Origin: Alloascoidea hylecoeti
Taxonomy: Eukaryota
Direction of reading: 5' to 3'
DNA length: 64,000 nucleotides
Assembly (NCBI GenBank): GCA_001600815.1
Contig: BCKZ01000010.1
Coordinates: 494,142-558,141 of the forward strand
How positions within the stretch are numbered: position 1 is the stretch's first letter; every line of letters begins with the position of its first letter. The position numbers and the translations under genes are program-made. Shown one piece after another: positions 21,564-33,635 of the stretch. The notes under the pieces are model-generated. The model was not told the DNA's origin, ran no database searches, and saw nothing but the letters and a program-made list of their open reading frames with translations.

Positions 21564-23975
21564 ATGGGACGTAAATCAAAACCTCTACCATACTCATTAT
21601 TTGAAATCAGACTAAAAGGTTTAGATCATGACGTTGTTGTTTTCAAAGGCAATGATCACAACGCCAATCCTGTTTTATTATCAGGCTCCGTTGTTTTATC
21701 ATTACCGCAATCATTATCAATAAAAAGAGTATCACTTAAATTAAGATGTTATATGAAATTAAAATGGCAATACGATTATCAAGCAACTCCTGATGGACAA
21801 ATGGTTAGAAGACCTTTTCGATTTTCAAGAGTACTTTATAATCATGATTGGAATCAATTATATCCAAAAGAATCTAATCAAGAAGATATAAACAATAATA
21901 TTGGAACAAATAAAGTTACAAAAAAATTATTACATTCAAAATCTTTTTCAAATTTTAAGAAATTAACATCTCATTCAAATAATAATAATACTTCTTCTTC
22001 TTCAAGTTCTTTATCAAGTTCATCTCATACATATCCAGAAGGAAATTATGAATTCCCATTTCAAGTCATTTTAGATGGTTCAATCCCTGAATCAATAGAA
22101 GGTAATGATAGAGGAGCTGTTTATTATAAATTGGAAGCCACTATTGAACGAAGTCGATTGTCAACAAATATTAAAACTGATAAACATCTCAGAGTGGTTA
22201 AAACTTTAACACCTGATTCATTACCATTATTAGAAACAGTATCTGTTGATAATACGTGGCCAAATAAAGTTGAATATGTTATTGATATACCTGCAAAAGC
22301 CGTTGCTATTGGTTCAATGACTCCATTTAATATATTAATGGTTCCATTAATAAAAGGATTAAAATTAGGCAAAATAACTATTAATCTAATCGAATTTTCT
22401 TCTTTTATATCTCCAATTTCAATACCATTTCAGGATGAAAGAATAATTACATCTTTAACAATTCCACCACCAATTAATAATAATAATGAGGATGATGATG
22501 ATGATGATGATAATAATAATCTTGATTTTAGTGATAAATGGGAAATAAATGATTTTTTATCAATTCCTGCAAGTTTAGTTAAATGTACACAAGATTCTTC
22601 AGTTGATAATTATATTAAAATAAATCATAGATTAAAATTTATTATTTCATTGATTAATCCTGATAATCATGTTTCTGAATTAAGAGCTTCGATACCAATC
22701 TCATTATTTATATCACCAAATGTTTCAATTTCTACAATCGTAAATGTAGAATCACATTTAGAACATCAAGGTGAAAAAGATGGTGCCATTGTTGGTAATA
22801 ATGAAACATCAAATATTAATACAAATGAAAATGAGAATGAAAATGAAATTGTTAATGATTCTGGTTTGGAAGAAGAAACATTATTCCAAGCTTCTGGTTC
22901 AACATCACCAATGAATTCTGGAAATAATCATGATCTTGAGACACCACCAGTGTATGGTAATCATATTTATGATCGACTTTGGAGTGAAGTATCATCAATA
23001 AACAACACTCCCTTGAATTCAGGTTACAATACACCAAATTTAATTACTCCCTCAAGATCAAGAAGACAATCAATTGATGGGCAATCACCATCTCAAATTT
23101 CAGGTACTATATTTCCTGGATTATCAATGACTCCAATTTCTATTCCAATTCCAAACTCAACAAGTCCAATTGCAATAACAAATAATAGTACTACTAATAT
23201 TAATGTTTTAGAATTATCACAAGCTTTAGCAATTGAACAACAGCAAAGATCCCAAATGTCACATTCTCGTCAAAATTCAATTGATTCAATAAATGTTAAT
23301 CAAAGTACTTTTTCATTTTCACCAATTCAAACACGATCATTAAGATCAAATTTCCAAAATGTACCACCTCCTGTTCCATCTGGAGCTACTTATTCTCATG
23401 GAAATTCAGATCAATATTTAGCTTCAGGAGGTACAGATACTCTTCAAGCGGAACATATATCAAGAGTTGGATCACCAATTTTAACATCAATAAGTGAAAT
23501 TGAACCTGGATCTGATATATCAACATCATTAGATGTTGATTTGATTGCATTATCGCGTGTTCCTTCTTATGAAACAGCAGCTAAAAGTACATCATATGCT
23601 AGCGATGAAGTTGAATTAACACCAAGATATCAAGAATCACCCATTAATCTTATCAACTATACTAATGTCAATCACAATTCATCTTCAACATCATTAGCAT
23701 CATTATTAGCAATGGGGGGAATCGAAGGACTAAATATAAATCCCGGGTCTAGTTCGAATATCACATCAATGAATCGTGATACTAATCACAGTAACAGTAA
23801 TAATAATGAAATTAATAATACTAATAGATCAAACAGATCCTCAAGGATAATTGGATTATTATCAAGAAATTCAAATACAGCTAATAACAGTAATAATACG
23901 TCACCATCAATATCAAGAAATTCATCAGAATTGAATTTACAAGAATTAAGAAATAATGGGTTAAATAAAAAGTAG
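21564..23975 (+). CDS. ROD1: Alpha-arrestin, Rod1/Rog3 (CreD) type
   Basis: LFEIRL, GNYEFPF, HLRVVKTL, SVDNTWPNKVEY, HVSELRA; Rsp5-binding PPVY and VPSY motifs. Confidence 0.88.
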   Translation: MGRKSKPLPYSLFEIRLKGLDHDVVVFKGNDHNANPVLLSGSVVLSLPQSLSIKRVSLKLRCYMKLKWQYDYQATPDGQMVRRPFRFSRVLYNHDWNQLYPKESNQEDINNNIGTNKVTKKLLHSKSFSNFKKLTSHSNNNNTSSSSSSLSSSSHTYPEGNYEFPFQVILDGSIPESIEGNDRGAVYYKLEATIERSRLSTNIKTDKHLRVVKTLTPDSLPLLETVSVDNTWPNKVEYVIDIPAKAVAIGSMTPFNILMVPLIKGLKLGKITINLIEFSSFISPISIPFQDERIITSLTIPPPINNNNEDDDDDDDNNNLDFSDKWEINDFLSIPASLVKCTQDSSVDNYIKINHRLKFIISLINPDNHVSELRASIPISLFISPNVSISTIVNVESHLEHQGEKDGAIVGNNETSNINTNENENENEIVNDSGLEEETLFQASGSTSPMNSGNNHDLETPPVYGNHIYDRLWSEVSSINNTPLNSGYNTPNLITPSRSRRQSIDGQSPSQISGTIFPGLSMTPISIPIPNSTSPIAITNNSTTNINVLELSQALAIEQQQRSQMSHSRQNSIDSINVNQSTFSFSPIQTRSLRSNFQNVPPPVPSGATYSHGNSDQYLASGGTDTLQAEHISRVGSPILTSISEIEPGSDISTSLDVDLIALSRVPSYETAAKSTSYASDEVELTPRYQESPINLINYTNVNHNSSSTSLASLLAMGGIEGLNINPGSSSNITSMNRDTNHSNSNNNEINNTNRSNRSSRIIGLLSRNSNTANNSNNTSPSISRNSSELNLQELRNNGLNKK

Positions 23976-24170
23976 ATTATACAATTGTTATAGAGTTATA
24001 GATCGATATAGGGTTAATTATGAAAAGCACATTTATAATCATAATGAGACACCCGTACATCCAACCTCCTTAGATTATGTTGCCTCCTCTGTAATATCAT
24101 CATCATTATTTGTTCGGATAATTTATAATCATCATTCACCACTCATTAATAATAGTTTTTTATTTCAATA

Positions 24171-24623
24171 ATGTTTCGAGACAGGACAAATTTATATCTT
24201 TCGTACCGGCGGACCTACCCGCATCATAATGGAAACACAAGCCTAAACACAAATATGAACGTGAATATGAATAGATTTGATAATATGTCAGAAGAAGAAC
24301 AAGGGTTAATATCACATGGCAAAGATCCAGATAATGATGGTGATCCATTTTTAGACCCTCCTGGTACATCAACAAGTTATGAAATGAATACATTATTACC
24401 ATCATGGACAGATATATCATATGAAGTTGAAGAATATTTAAAAACAATTAGGATTAAAATTGGTGAATTAGATTTATTACATCGTAAAAATTTATTACCT
24501 GGATTTAATGATACAACAAATGAAGAAAAACAAATTGAAAAATTAACATTTGAAATTACAAATTTATTTTATGATTGTCAAAATACAATAAGTAAAATTG
24601 ATAAAATTTCAAAAAATTCAAAC

Positions 24624-24670
<47 letters not shown>

Positions 24671-25331
24671 TAATAAAATAAAAGAATCAGAAATTAAAAT
24701 GTGTAAAAATATGAAGATTTCTTTAGCAACAAAAGTTCAAGATGAATCAACAAAATTTCGAAAAATGCAATCAAACTATTTAAAATCACTTAGAAAAGAT
24801 GATATTGATTTAACAACACATTATACACCAACAACATCACGAGCAAATGAACAAGCAATTGAAGATGATTTAGATACATATTCAAAAAACGCGATAGTTG
24901 AATCACAATACCAACTACAACAACAACAAATTAGTGGAAATAATAGTAAAATGGTATTACAAAGAGAACAAGAAATTAATAAAATTGCTCAAGGTATATT
25001 AGAAGTTTCATCAATTTTTAAAAATTTACAGAATATGGTTATTGATCAAGGGACGGTTTTGGATAGAATTGATTATAATTTAGAAAATGTAGTTGTTGAT
25101 GTAAAACACGCTGATAAGGAATTAATTACTGCACAAAATTACCAAAAAAACACATCAAAATGTAAGATTATTTTCTTATTAAGTTTGATTGTTTTTGGAT
25201 TGTTTTTAATCTTGTTGTTGAAGCCAAAAAGACACTATGAAGAGCAACCAAAAAGTCCACAAACAAACCCAACAACTTCAAATCCAAATCCAAACTCAAA
25301 CCAGGATGCAAATGTTAATCAAGTTTTGTAG
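24171..25331 (+). CDS. TLG2: Syntaxin-16-like Qa-SNARE
   Basis: N-peptide MFRDRTNLYLSYRRT, SNARE motif IDQGTVLDRIDYN and a C-terminal TM segment. Confidence 0.95.
24621..24675 (+). repeat. (AAT)n coding microsatellite giving poly-Asn in TLG2
   Basis: Direct reading. Confidence 0.9.
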
Positions 25332-25621
25332 TTGGATATAAAAATAGCATTTATATACAAACTTGTGAGTAAACACTAGTACTCTTCTAATAATATATTT
25401 ACAGTACGGCACAAACTAATTATAAGCTAAGAAATGCAGGGCTCACAATAATACATAAAATTATAAGTTTCCCCTTCGTTTAATAATAATTAATACTCCT
25501 CCAAAATTGTGTCTTTTCCCTAAATTTTCTCTCTTTTTCCTTTTTTAATTATACATTTCCGTTTTTCACTCGTTTGGTTTGAACTGTATATATTACTGGT
25601 ATATAAGCGTTTCTTGTAGTT

Positions 25622-27343
25622 ATGGCTTCTCAAACCCTCATTTTTTCGGGTGTCTTGGTATTTTCCATAATCTCTCTGGTTTTCTTCCTTCTGGCCACCA
25701 TCTCGGCCCCTATTGTGTCTTCGTTTGCCCTGGCCTCGTCAAATGGTTATGATTATGGTGTTTTTGGCTATTGTTCCAGCTCTTCTTGCTCCTCCGTGAG
25801 AGGTTTGTATGATGCAGCCACGGTCGACTCCTCCAACTCCTCATCATGGTCGCTATCAAGTAGTGTCCGTCAGTCCATCTCAAATGTTTTGATAGCCCAT
25901 CCGGTTACAGCTGGCCTATCGCTCATTTCGGCCATTTCTGCTTCGATCACCCTTTTTACTGGTCTACCAACGTCGCGTTCTTCACGCAAATTATTAAATT
26001 TACTATTTTTACTTTTATCGTTTTTAAACCTTGCAGGCTCCATCTTATCATTCATTACTGATATTTTGTTATTTTTACCACATTTAAAATGGAATTCTTG
26101 GTTAGTTCTTGGTGGTTTAATATGTAATCTTTTATCCTTTATATTATTAATCATATCACGAATTTTAATGTCGGAAGAAAATGATATTGATATGGATATT
26201 GATATGGATAACTCATTATTAAATCAATCGAAAGCTAAAGATTCTGAGTTAAGATTTGATGTAACTGAGACTAATCTTGATCAAATTTCAACTACTGATA
26301 ATTTTAAAATTAAACAAGTGGCAGCTGCTCCTATTGCAAGTTTTAATACCCAAAAAACTTATACAAATCCTCCAAGTTTACATAATGTCTATGATAATGA
26401 TACTTCGTCGATCAACAATTCTCGAACGCGTTTGCAACCACAAGGCATACCGCCTGTAAGACCTAGTCGACAAAATATCCAAATGTTCAGACCAGAAAAT
26501 AATTATCCCCCAAATACAAATATGAACTTGAATCCAGCAGCTGTTCCACACATACCTATTCCTGGTCCTTCATTTAACCATAAACCATTTATGCCAGCTG
26601 GTCCACCACCACAAGGTTTAAGAGCCCCAATTCCATTTCAAAATAATGATACAAATTCAAATGAAAGTAGTGGTTCATTACCAAACTCCATATTAAATGA
26701 AAAATTTAATAATATGAATCATATGCATAATAATGATTATCATGTTTCAAAACCAATTCCAATTAATCAATTAGCTAATTCATCAACTTCATCATCTCCT
26801 AATAATTTTGATAATAATCTTCCACTATTAAATTCAAATGTTCCTGATATCAATGTAACATCACCAAATCATAGAATGCATGATAATCGTGGTAGTCGAA
26901 GACCATTACAAAAACAATATGATCCAAATTTAAACCAACAATTACAATATCAACAACAACAACAACAACAACAACAGCATGATGAACAACAAGCCATGTT
27001 TTTTGATAATAATCAACCTCGTTCACCGCCAACTTTTGATCCACGACATTCATATAACGCTCCTGTCCGTAATTCCTATAATAATATGAACTATAATAAT
27101 AATAATTCCAATAATAATTATGAAAGTAGACAACAAAATACAACATCATTATATTCATCAACATCTCAAAATAATACTCCTATGGAATATGGTAGTTATC
27201 ATGAAGTTTTAAATCCAAGAAGGAATTCAAATAGTCAAAATGTTAATAATAATACAAATGATTTAATATTAGCAAGTAATCCAGATTTTGCAATTAATAT
27301 GCCTAAAAAATATAAAAAAAGTGGTCTACCTAAAAGATTTTAA
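25622..27343 (+). CDS. PalI/Sur7-family membrane protein with a long tail (Tos7/Dcv1-like)
   Basis: LATISAP, YGVFGYC and LIAHPVTAGL, four hydrophobic segments, N/Q/P-rich tail. Confidence 0.85.
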   Translation: MASQTLIFSGVLVFSIISLVFFLLATISAPIVSSFALASSNGYDYGVFGYCSSSSCSSVRGLYDAATVDSSNSSSWSLSSSVRQSISNVLIAHPVTAGLSLISAISASITLFTGLPTSRSSRKLLNLLFLLLSFLNLAGSILSFITDILLFLPHLKWNSWLVLGGLICNLLSFILLIISRILMSEENDIDMDIDMDNSLLNQSKAKDSELRFDVTETNLDQISTTDNFKIKQVAAAPIASFNTQKTYTNPPSLHNVYDNDTSSINNSRTRLQPQGIPPVRPSRQNIQMFRPENNYPPNTNMNLNPAAVPHIPIPGPSFNHKPFMPAGPPPQGLRAPIPFQNNDTNSNESSGSLPNSILNEKFNNMNHMHNNDYHVSKPIPINQLANSSTSSSPNNFDNNLPLLNSNVPDINVTSPNHRMHDNRGSRRPLQKQYDPNLNQQLQYQQQQQQQQQHDEQQAMFFDNNQPRSPPTFDPRHSYNAPVRNSYNNMNYNNNNSNNNYESRQQNTTSLYSSTSQNNTPMEYGSYHEVLNPRRNSNSQNVNNNTNDLILASNPDFAINMPKKYKKSGLPKRF

Positions 27344-29018
27344 ATGTTTTCTTTTAAAATATATAGGTATTGAATGATGTAGAGCTAGTTTCATATGATC
27401 TGATTTGCAATTTACCTTTTGTATTTAAATTTCATTTCTAATGGCTTTCTCTAAAAGTTTTGTTATAATCATCATAATTTCGAATTCTGCTTAAATTTTG
27501 ATTTCGCTTTTCTTTTTTCAACTGTTAATGATATCGATGCTTATATTCATATTTATTATTATTGTTATTATTATTGTTATTATTATTATTATTATTTATT
27601 TCAAATTTATCTTATTACTATTTTGTGATTTCTTTCATAAATGATGTTATATGATTCATTCATATTTTTTATATTTTATTTTATATTTCATATTTCATAC
27701 CTTATATTGGCATTATCAGGTGATATAACCCAATCCCTGGTAAATATTATTATTTTTATATTAAATTTTAAATGTTATATCTCTTTTGCCATATTAATTC
27801 AATTGCTATAGCTGACTTAAGAAATAAAATGCGTGAAGAATGAAAATGATGTGAAATATATCACTAGTATACTATAGCTAGTTAATTGTTTTTTTTTTTT
27901 TTTTTTTTTTTGAATTACTCTTTATATTCATTACATTATAATTAGAGATTTTTTGAATTCTTGATCATTATTTTGAAATTTGACTTCTTGATCTATTTTT
28001 CAGCCATTATTTATTCTTGCTAATTTTATTACCGTTAATCATATTATTTTTATATGTCCCATATATTTCAGTAAGAAGAATAATAAGTATCATTCTGTAG
28101 AGAATGTGCATTTGGGATATGCAGAGGATAATTTTAGATAGATTTAAGCCTTCTTTTCTATGATAAATGAAATATGGAACTTAATGCATGTCTGATTTAC
28201 CATGAATCTATATGTATGAAGTTCGTTTTGTGACAATACACCGACACAATTAACGAATCATTAGCTTTATTTCCCAATAGGCTCCAACTGGAAACCTATC
28301 CAGCATGTTATTTGTGACAATTTGAATGATATTATGGTTCCTATATAAGGTTAAATTTATAATATCAAACTCATTTAACTGTGATTTGTCTTCTTATTAT
28401 CATCCCAGGATATTCAATATTAAGCCATTTATATAATATTGTGCTTAACAGAGAGATAGGATATATGTTCAAAGATTTCGATGGCTTAGTTCATATCCGG
28501 ATCCTCATAACAAACTAACAATATCAATGCATTGCAATTTGTAACTATGAAATTTAAAGTATACATATTATTAGAGCATCAAATGATTCAAATATAAGCT
28601 CTTAGCTTATATATAAACTTAAATACATGGTAATACTGGCTAATACTGGCTACGGTATATAGTCACTTGCTATAATTGATTTTTAGTTTATAATGACCAT
28701 AGCTACTTTCTATAACTATGTGACCATTTGAATTTTTTATATCCGTTAATTAAAATCATAACGGTAATAATAATGTATAACTTATAGATAACACAATTCC
28801 AGAGTATAAATATTAATATAGTTAGTTATTTTAATAGGAAATTTACATTCCATAGGTCTTGATCTAGGCGCCGACTATAACCAGCTATATAATTAAATAA
28901 TTAATAATTAATCGCGATATCAATTATAAGTCTTCAACTAATTTTAATTTATTGATCACTTGCAATTGCAACAAAATAGAAAAAAAACAATAAAGTAGGT
29001 TTCAGAAGTTCGTATGGT

Positions 29019-29302
29019 AACCGGTGAGATGAACGACTAACTTTCGGCCTATAGCGAGTTTCCTATAGCGAGTTTCCTTACAATCAAACTCTACATCTGG
29101 TTTTAAGTTAACCCTGTTTCGCCAAGACTGACGAAACCTGTGAGTGAGGAGACTCACTGGAGCGTCTGCTGCGTCGTGGTTAGATTATGAGGGGAACTGT
29201 TGGAATGCCGCTTCTTTACGACTCTGAACTTTTTGCCGTATGTGTGAAATAATGTGCGCAAAAAAAGGGTGTGTGGGATTATAAAAATACACTAGAGTCG
29301 TA
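29019..29302 (+). other. GC-richer structured non-coding island (ncRNA or TE relic)
   Basis: Multiple stems, a three-way junction and a 14-bp tandem duplication. Confidence 0.35.
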
Positions 29303-30014
29303 TAGTTTGTTTAAAGGTGCCCTAATATAAGTGAAATATAGCAGATATTCTTGATGCTCTTTATGTATATAAAATTGTTATAATATAGGGACTGTCGGTA
29401 AAATATTCAAGATATATCTAAAACGCCAGCTTCAAACGACTTATTTTTAATTTAGTTTTATATATCATAGTAGGATGGTTACACACGTATAGGTATTTAT
29501 CATACCAGTCATTCTTCTGTACATTAACATTTATTTATAAGATAAGATAAGAACTGAATAGCCTTAAAAGTTACCTAATAACTATTAATTATCGATCTTT
29601 AGTTTATATTTGGATCGAAGGAAATGAGTAAGAGGATAGTACCTATATTACTGTTAAGTTTCCACTCGAAACGACTATAAAAAGAACTCGCAGCACAAAG
29701 AATATGTTAGTGTATCCAAAGCAGTTTACGTTTCAATATACGAAACCACCGTAATTTACGAATAAACGGCTGCTTATAATTGTAATAATCTACTCAATTT
29801 TTCATACTTTTGTGTGAATGATATATCAATCTAACTATAGAAATATAATATATTGATGTATCTGATTACTTTTCCCTTTTTTTTATTACCAAATAAATAT
29901 GTCAAATACCTGTAAATCTTTAATCTTCTTACATAAGCAGGGCCCCTTTAAAAATACCTCCCTGGCATATTTAACATCTACACCCAAATATATCCATCCC
30001 TCAACAACTAAACA

Positions 30015-32369
30015 ATGAGCAATGAGGAAACTCTTGCAGAAGGTGTGACATTACGAAGTCTAAGCAGTAAAGTAAGATACAGATTCCGAGGAGGTGTTAG
30101 CTCTAAAAATGATGAGGAAACTGAATATAAGGATAATGAAAGCCTTGGTCATATATCTGGACATCCTCACACTCTAGGATATAATCCCGATATTTCGGAA
30201 GCCGATAATATAAATTTTGAATACGCTTCGTTATTAGATGATTCCCCTTATCCGGAGGTTAGAGCCGCGGTTCCGAATATCGATGATACCTCTTTACCTA
30301 TTGGTACTCTTAGAATGTGGATTTTGGGAATCTTGGTTACAACTATGTTTTCAGGTTTAAATTTATTCTTTTCATTAAGAACTCCACCATTTTCAATATC
30401 TGCCTTTGTTGGGAGTTTAGTCGTCTGGCCATTGGGGATGTTATGGGCAAAATATGTTCCTAATTATAAAATATTTGGCATGGATCTAAATCCTGGTCCT
30501 TTTAACATAAAGGAACATACAGTTATTACGATCATGGGTAATATGTCATATGGTGAAGGGCCGTCATATTCTGCACAAATTGTCCTTTCATTGAAAAAGT
30601 TTTATAATATTAATTATGGTTGGTGGTTTGAAATGTGTACTGCTGTTTCAATTCAAGCGGTTGGATATTCAATGGCAGGGATAATGAGACCAATATTAGT
30701 TTATCCTGCTTCAATGATATGGCCATCAAATTTAGTTGCATCTACTTTTTTAACAAATATTCATATGAATATAAATCATGTTGCAAATGGTTGGAATGTA
30801 TCAAGATTAAGATTTTTTGTAGTTGTTTGTATTGGATCATTTATTTGGTATTGGATTCCAGGTTATTTAGCTTCATTTCTTTCATATTTTGCTTTTCCAA
30901 CATGGTTTGCTCCAAAAAATGTTATTATAAACCAATTATTTGGTGTACAAACTGGTCTTGGACTTATTCCCTTAACTTTTGATTGGAATCAAATCTCTTC
31001 ATATATTGGTTCTCCATTAATTCCACCATCATTTGTGATTGGAAACATTTTTGTTTCAATAGTAATAATATATTGGCTTATAACTCCAATACTTTATTAT
31101 TCAAATTGGAGTTCAAGTCTTTATATGCCTATATCTGATTCAAATACATATGATCGATATCAAAATAAATATACTCCAAATAAAATTATGACTGATAATA
31201 AATTTGATGAAGAGAAATATAAGAATTATTCTCCAATATTTATGTCTGCAACATTTATTGTATCTTATGGTATGTCATTTGCTGGTATAACATCAACATT
31301 AGTTCATACCATTTTATATCATGGTAAAGATATAATTTTTTATTTCAGACATAGTCGAAAAGAACCAGATGATATTCATATGAAATTAATGAGAAATTAT
31401 AAAGAATGTCCACAATGGTGGTTTATTTCTTTATTAGTTTTATTATTTGGTTTATGTATTATTAATATAACTGTTTGGAATTCAGAATTACCAATTTGGG
31501 CTTTAATTTTGGCTTTATTTATTGCTTTTATATTTTTAATACCTGTTGGTTTAATATATGCAGTTACAAATATTCCAATTGGTTTAAATGTTATAACTGA
31601 ATTTATAGTTGGTTATATTTTACCAGGTAAGCCATTAGCAATGATGTTTTTTAAATCTTATGGTTATATTACAAATGCATATGCGATTACTTTTTTACAA
31701 GATATGAAATTAGGTCATTATATGAAAATTCCACCAAGAACATTATTTTTTGCACAATTAATTTCATCAATTTGGGGTGGTGTTGTACAAATTTTAGTAT
31801 TACATTTATCTGATAAATATATTAAAAATTTATGTTCACCACATCAAACTGCTCATTTTACTTGTAATTACTCAAAAGTTTTTTTTAATGCTTCAATACT
31901 TTGGGGTGTTATTGGTCCAAAAATTATTTTTACAAATGGAATGTATAATAGTTTATTATGGTGGTTTTTACTTGGTGCAATATTACCAATAATTAATTTT
32001 TTAATTTCTAAAAAATATCCAAATTCTTTTATAAAATATATTCATTGGCCTGTTTTCTTCAATGCAACTGGTATGATTCCACCTGCAACTGCTTTTAATT
32101 ATGGTACTTATTGTATAGTTGGTTATATTTTTGGTTATGTTATTAAAAAGAAATATTTCTCATGGTGGGCAAAATATAATTATACATTATCAGCAGGTCT
32201 TGATATTGGTCTTGTTCTTTCTGCTTTACTTATATTTTTTACTATTACATTATCTGATGGCCCTAATTGGTGGGGGAATAATGTTGTTAATAATACATTA
32301 GATACTCAAAATAAAGCAATTCAAATTATTTTAAAAGAAGGTGAATCTTTTGGTCCTTCTACTTGGTGA
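30015..32369 (+). CDS. OPT-family oligopeptide transporter
   Basis: SPYPEVRAAV, NPGPFNIKEH, MIWPSNL and KLGHYMKIPPR signatures. Confidence 0.95.
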   Translation: MSNEETLAEGVTLRSLSSKVRYRFRGGVSSKNDEETEYKDNESLGHISGHPHTLGYNPDISEADNINFEYASLLDDSPYPEVRAAVPNIDDTSLPIGTLRMWILGILVTTMFSGLNLFFSLRTPPFSISAFVGSLVVWPLGMLWAKYVPNYKIFGMDLNPGPFNIKEHTVITIMGNMSYGEGPSYSAQIVLSLKKFYNINYGWWFEMCTAVSIQAVGYSMAGIMRPILVYPASMIWPSNLVASTFLTNIHMNINHVANGWNVSRLRFFVVVCIGSFIWYWIPGYLASFLSYFAFPTWFAPKNVIINQLFGVQTGLGLIPLTFDWNQISSYIGSPLIPPSFVIGNIFVSIVIIYWLITPILYYSNWSSSLYMPISDSNTYDRYQNKYTPNKIMTDNKFDEEKYKNYSPIFMSATFIVSYGMSFAGITSTLVHTILYHGKDIIFYFRHSRKEPDDIHMKLMRNYKECPQWWFISLLVLLFGLCIINITVWNSELPIWALILALFIAFIFLIPVGLIYAVTNIPIGLNVITEFIVGYILPGKPLAMMFFKSYGYITNAYAITFLQDMKLGHYMKIPPRTLFFAQLISSIWGGVVQILVLHLSDKYIKNLCSPHQTAHFTCNYSKVFFNASILWGVIGPKIIFTNGMYNSLLWWFLLGAILPIINFLISKKYPNSFIKYIHWPVFFNATGMIPPATAFNYGTYCIVGYIFGYVIKKKYFSWWAKYNYTLSAGLDIGLVLSALLIFFTITLSDGPNWWGNNVVNNTLDTQNKAIQIILKEGESFGPSTW

Positions 32370-33635
32370 ATTTTTATTTTTATTTTTATTTTTATTTCTT
32401 TTTTGAGTGAAATTATATAACCATGTAAAGGTTCGTTTACTTCTTTTTTTATTTCAGGATTTATCATTGTGGGTTAAAACTAGTCATAGGTATATATTAT
32501 TAATTAACTATAATCATACTTATAACCTATAACTTATATAATCAAAGCGTTATGATCGAACTTCGGATAGGATTTATATGCGTTTATCACGGGTAGATAA
32601 TTTTAAATGGAGTACACCTAAATTTAATACTAGAGTAGTGAATCAGAATGGTTTGCAATTGAACATAATCATATATGTTCATTCTTAACGATAGGAAAAA
32701 TCTAGGTCTGAATCTGAATGACCCACAAAGTTAGAATTAAAATTAAAATTTAATTTAAAGGAACTAAACCTACGGTGTATATGTCAAAGTTAGTTAAAAT
32801 CTATTCATATCAAAAAAGTGAAAATTAGTGTGAAGGAGATTTTGCTCTGTGAATCTAATTCTTACTTCACACTTTATAATAAACTCATAGTAATGAAAAA
32901 CCAAAAGCAAGATCATGTATATAACATAATCTTCTAGGTCTGTGTTGGAATTTCTAATACTTCGTAAAGTGGCTATTTATGGCATTAAAGTGCTGATACT
33001 AAATACTAATCATAAGACATTAGAATATCTCAAATTTGCGGGAAGATTATAATCTATCTTAAGAATATCTTATATAATTAAGAGCTTGTACTCAGTAACT
33101 GTTTTTAAGCTTGCCATTTTTATATGGCCTAAAGTTAAGCGCCAGTTTAATCTTTTTGACCTGACTATGCCAACTAATATTATACTGTTATATTCACAGT
33201 TAGGAAACCCCGGATAATAGTATTCATATGATTGCAGTTTAATATATTAATTACTTTAGATATATTTTTATGCTGCATTACTTAAAATAAACATATGTTA
33301 TCCCATTGCAAATGGTTTAAATCTATATTCTATAAATCTATTTATATATTGTACAAGATATACATGCACTTTTACATTTACCAACTATTCTTGAATATCG
33401 CCACCAATAATTACGTAACCGAACAGTCTATTTATCCCTGATATAGTTTTATTCATTATGGCATTGTGTTCTCGTTTAAATTCGACAAACAATTTATAAT
33501 ACCTGGTTATATTTGACTCAATATTAATATTCCACAATAAAAATTGCATTTCACCGATTATTGAGGGTTCGATTTTATTATCATATGCATAAAGAGCATA
33601 AAACAAATAATCATAATTCTAACTGCTGATCATAT

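Noticed and set aside
29048..29080. Telomerase template from the 14-bp repeat
   Set aside because: Two full units, and the complement is not G-rich; a simple tandem duplication is more likely.
29128..29160. Hammerhead ribozyme (CTGACGA core)
   Set aside because: No GAAA follows the would-be stem II.
29235..29260. Group II intron domain V (GCCGTATGTGTGAAA...)
   Set aside because: It lacks the GAGC...GTTC closing helix and a credible domain VI.
32943..33120. Solo LTR starting TGTTGGAAT (also at 29198)
   Set aside because: No matching end, target-site duplication or second copy in the window.
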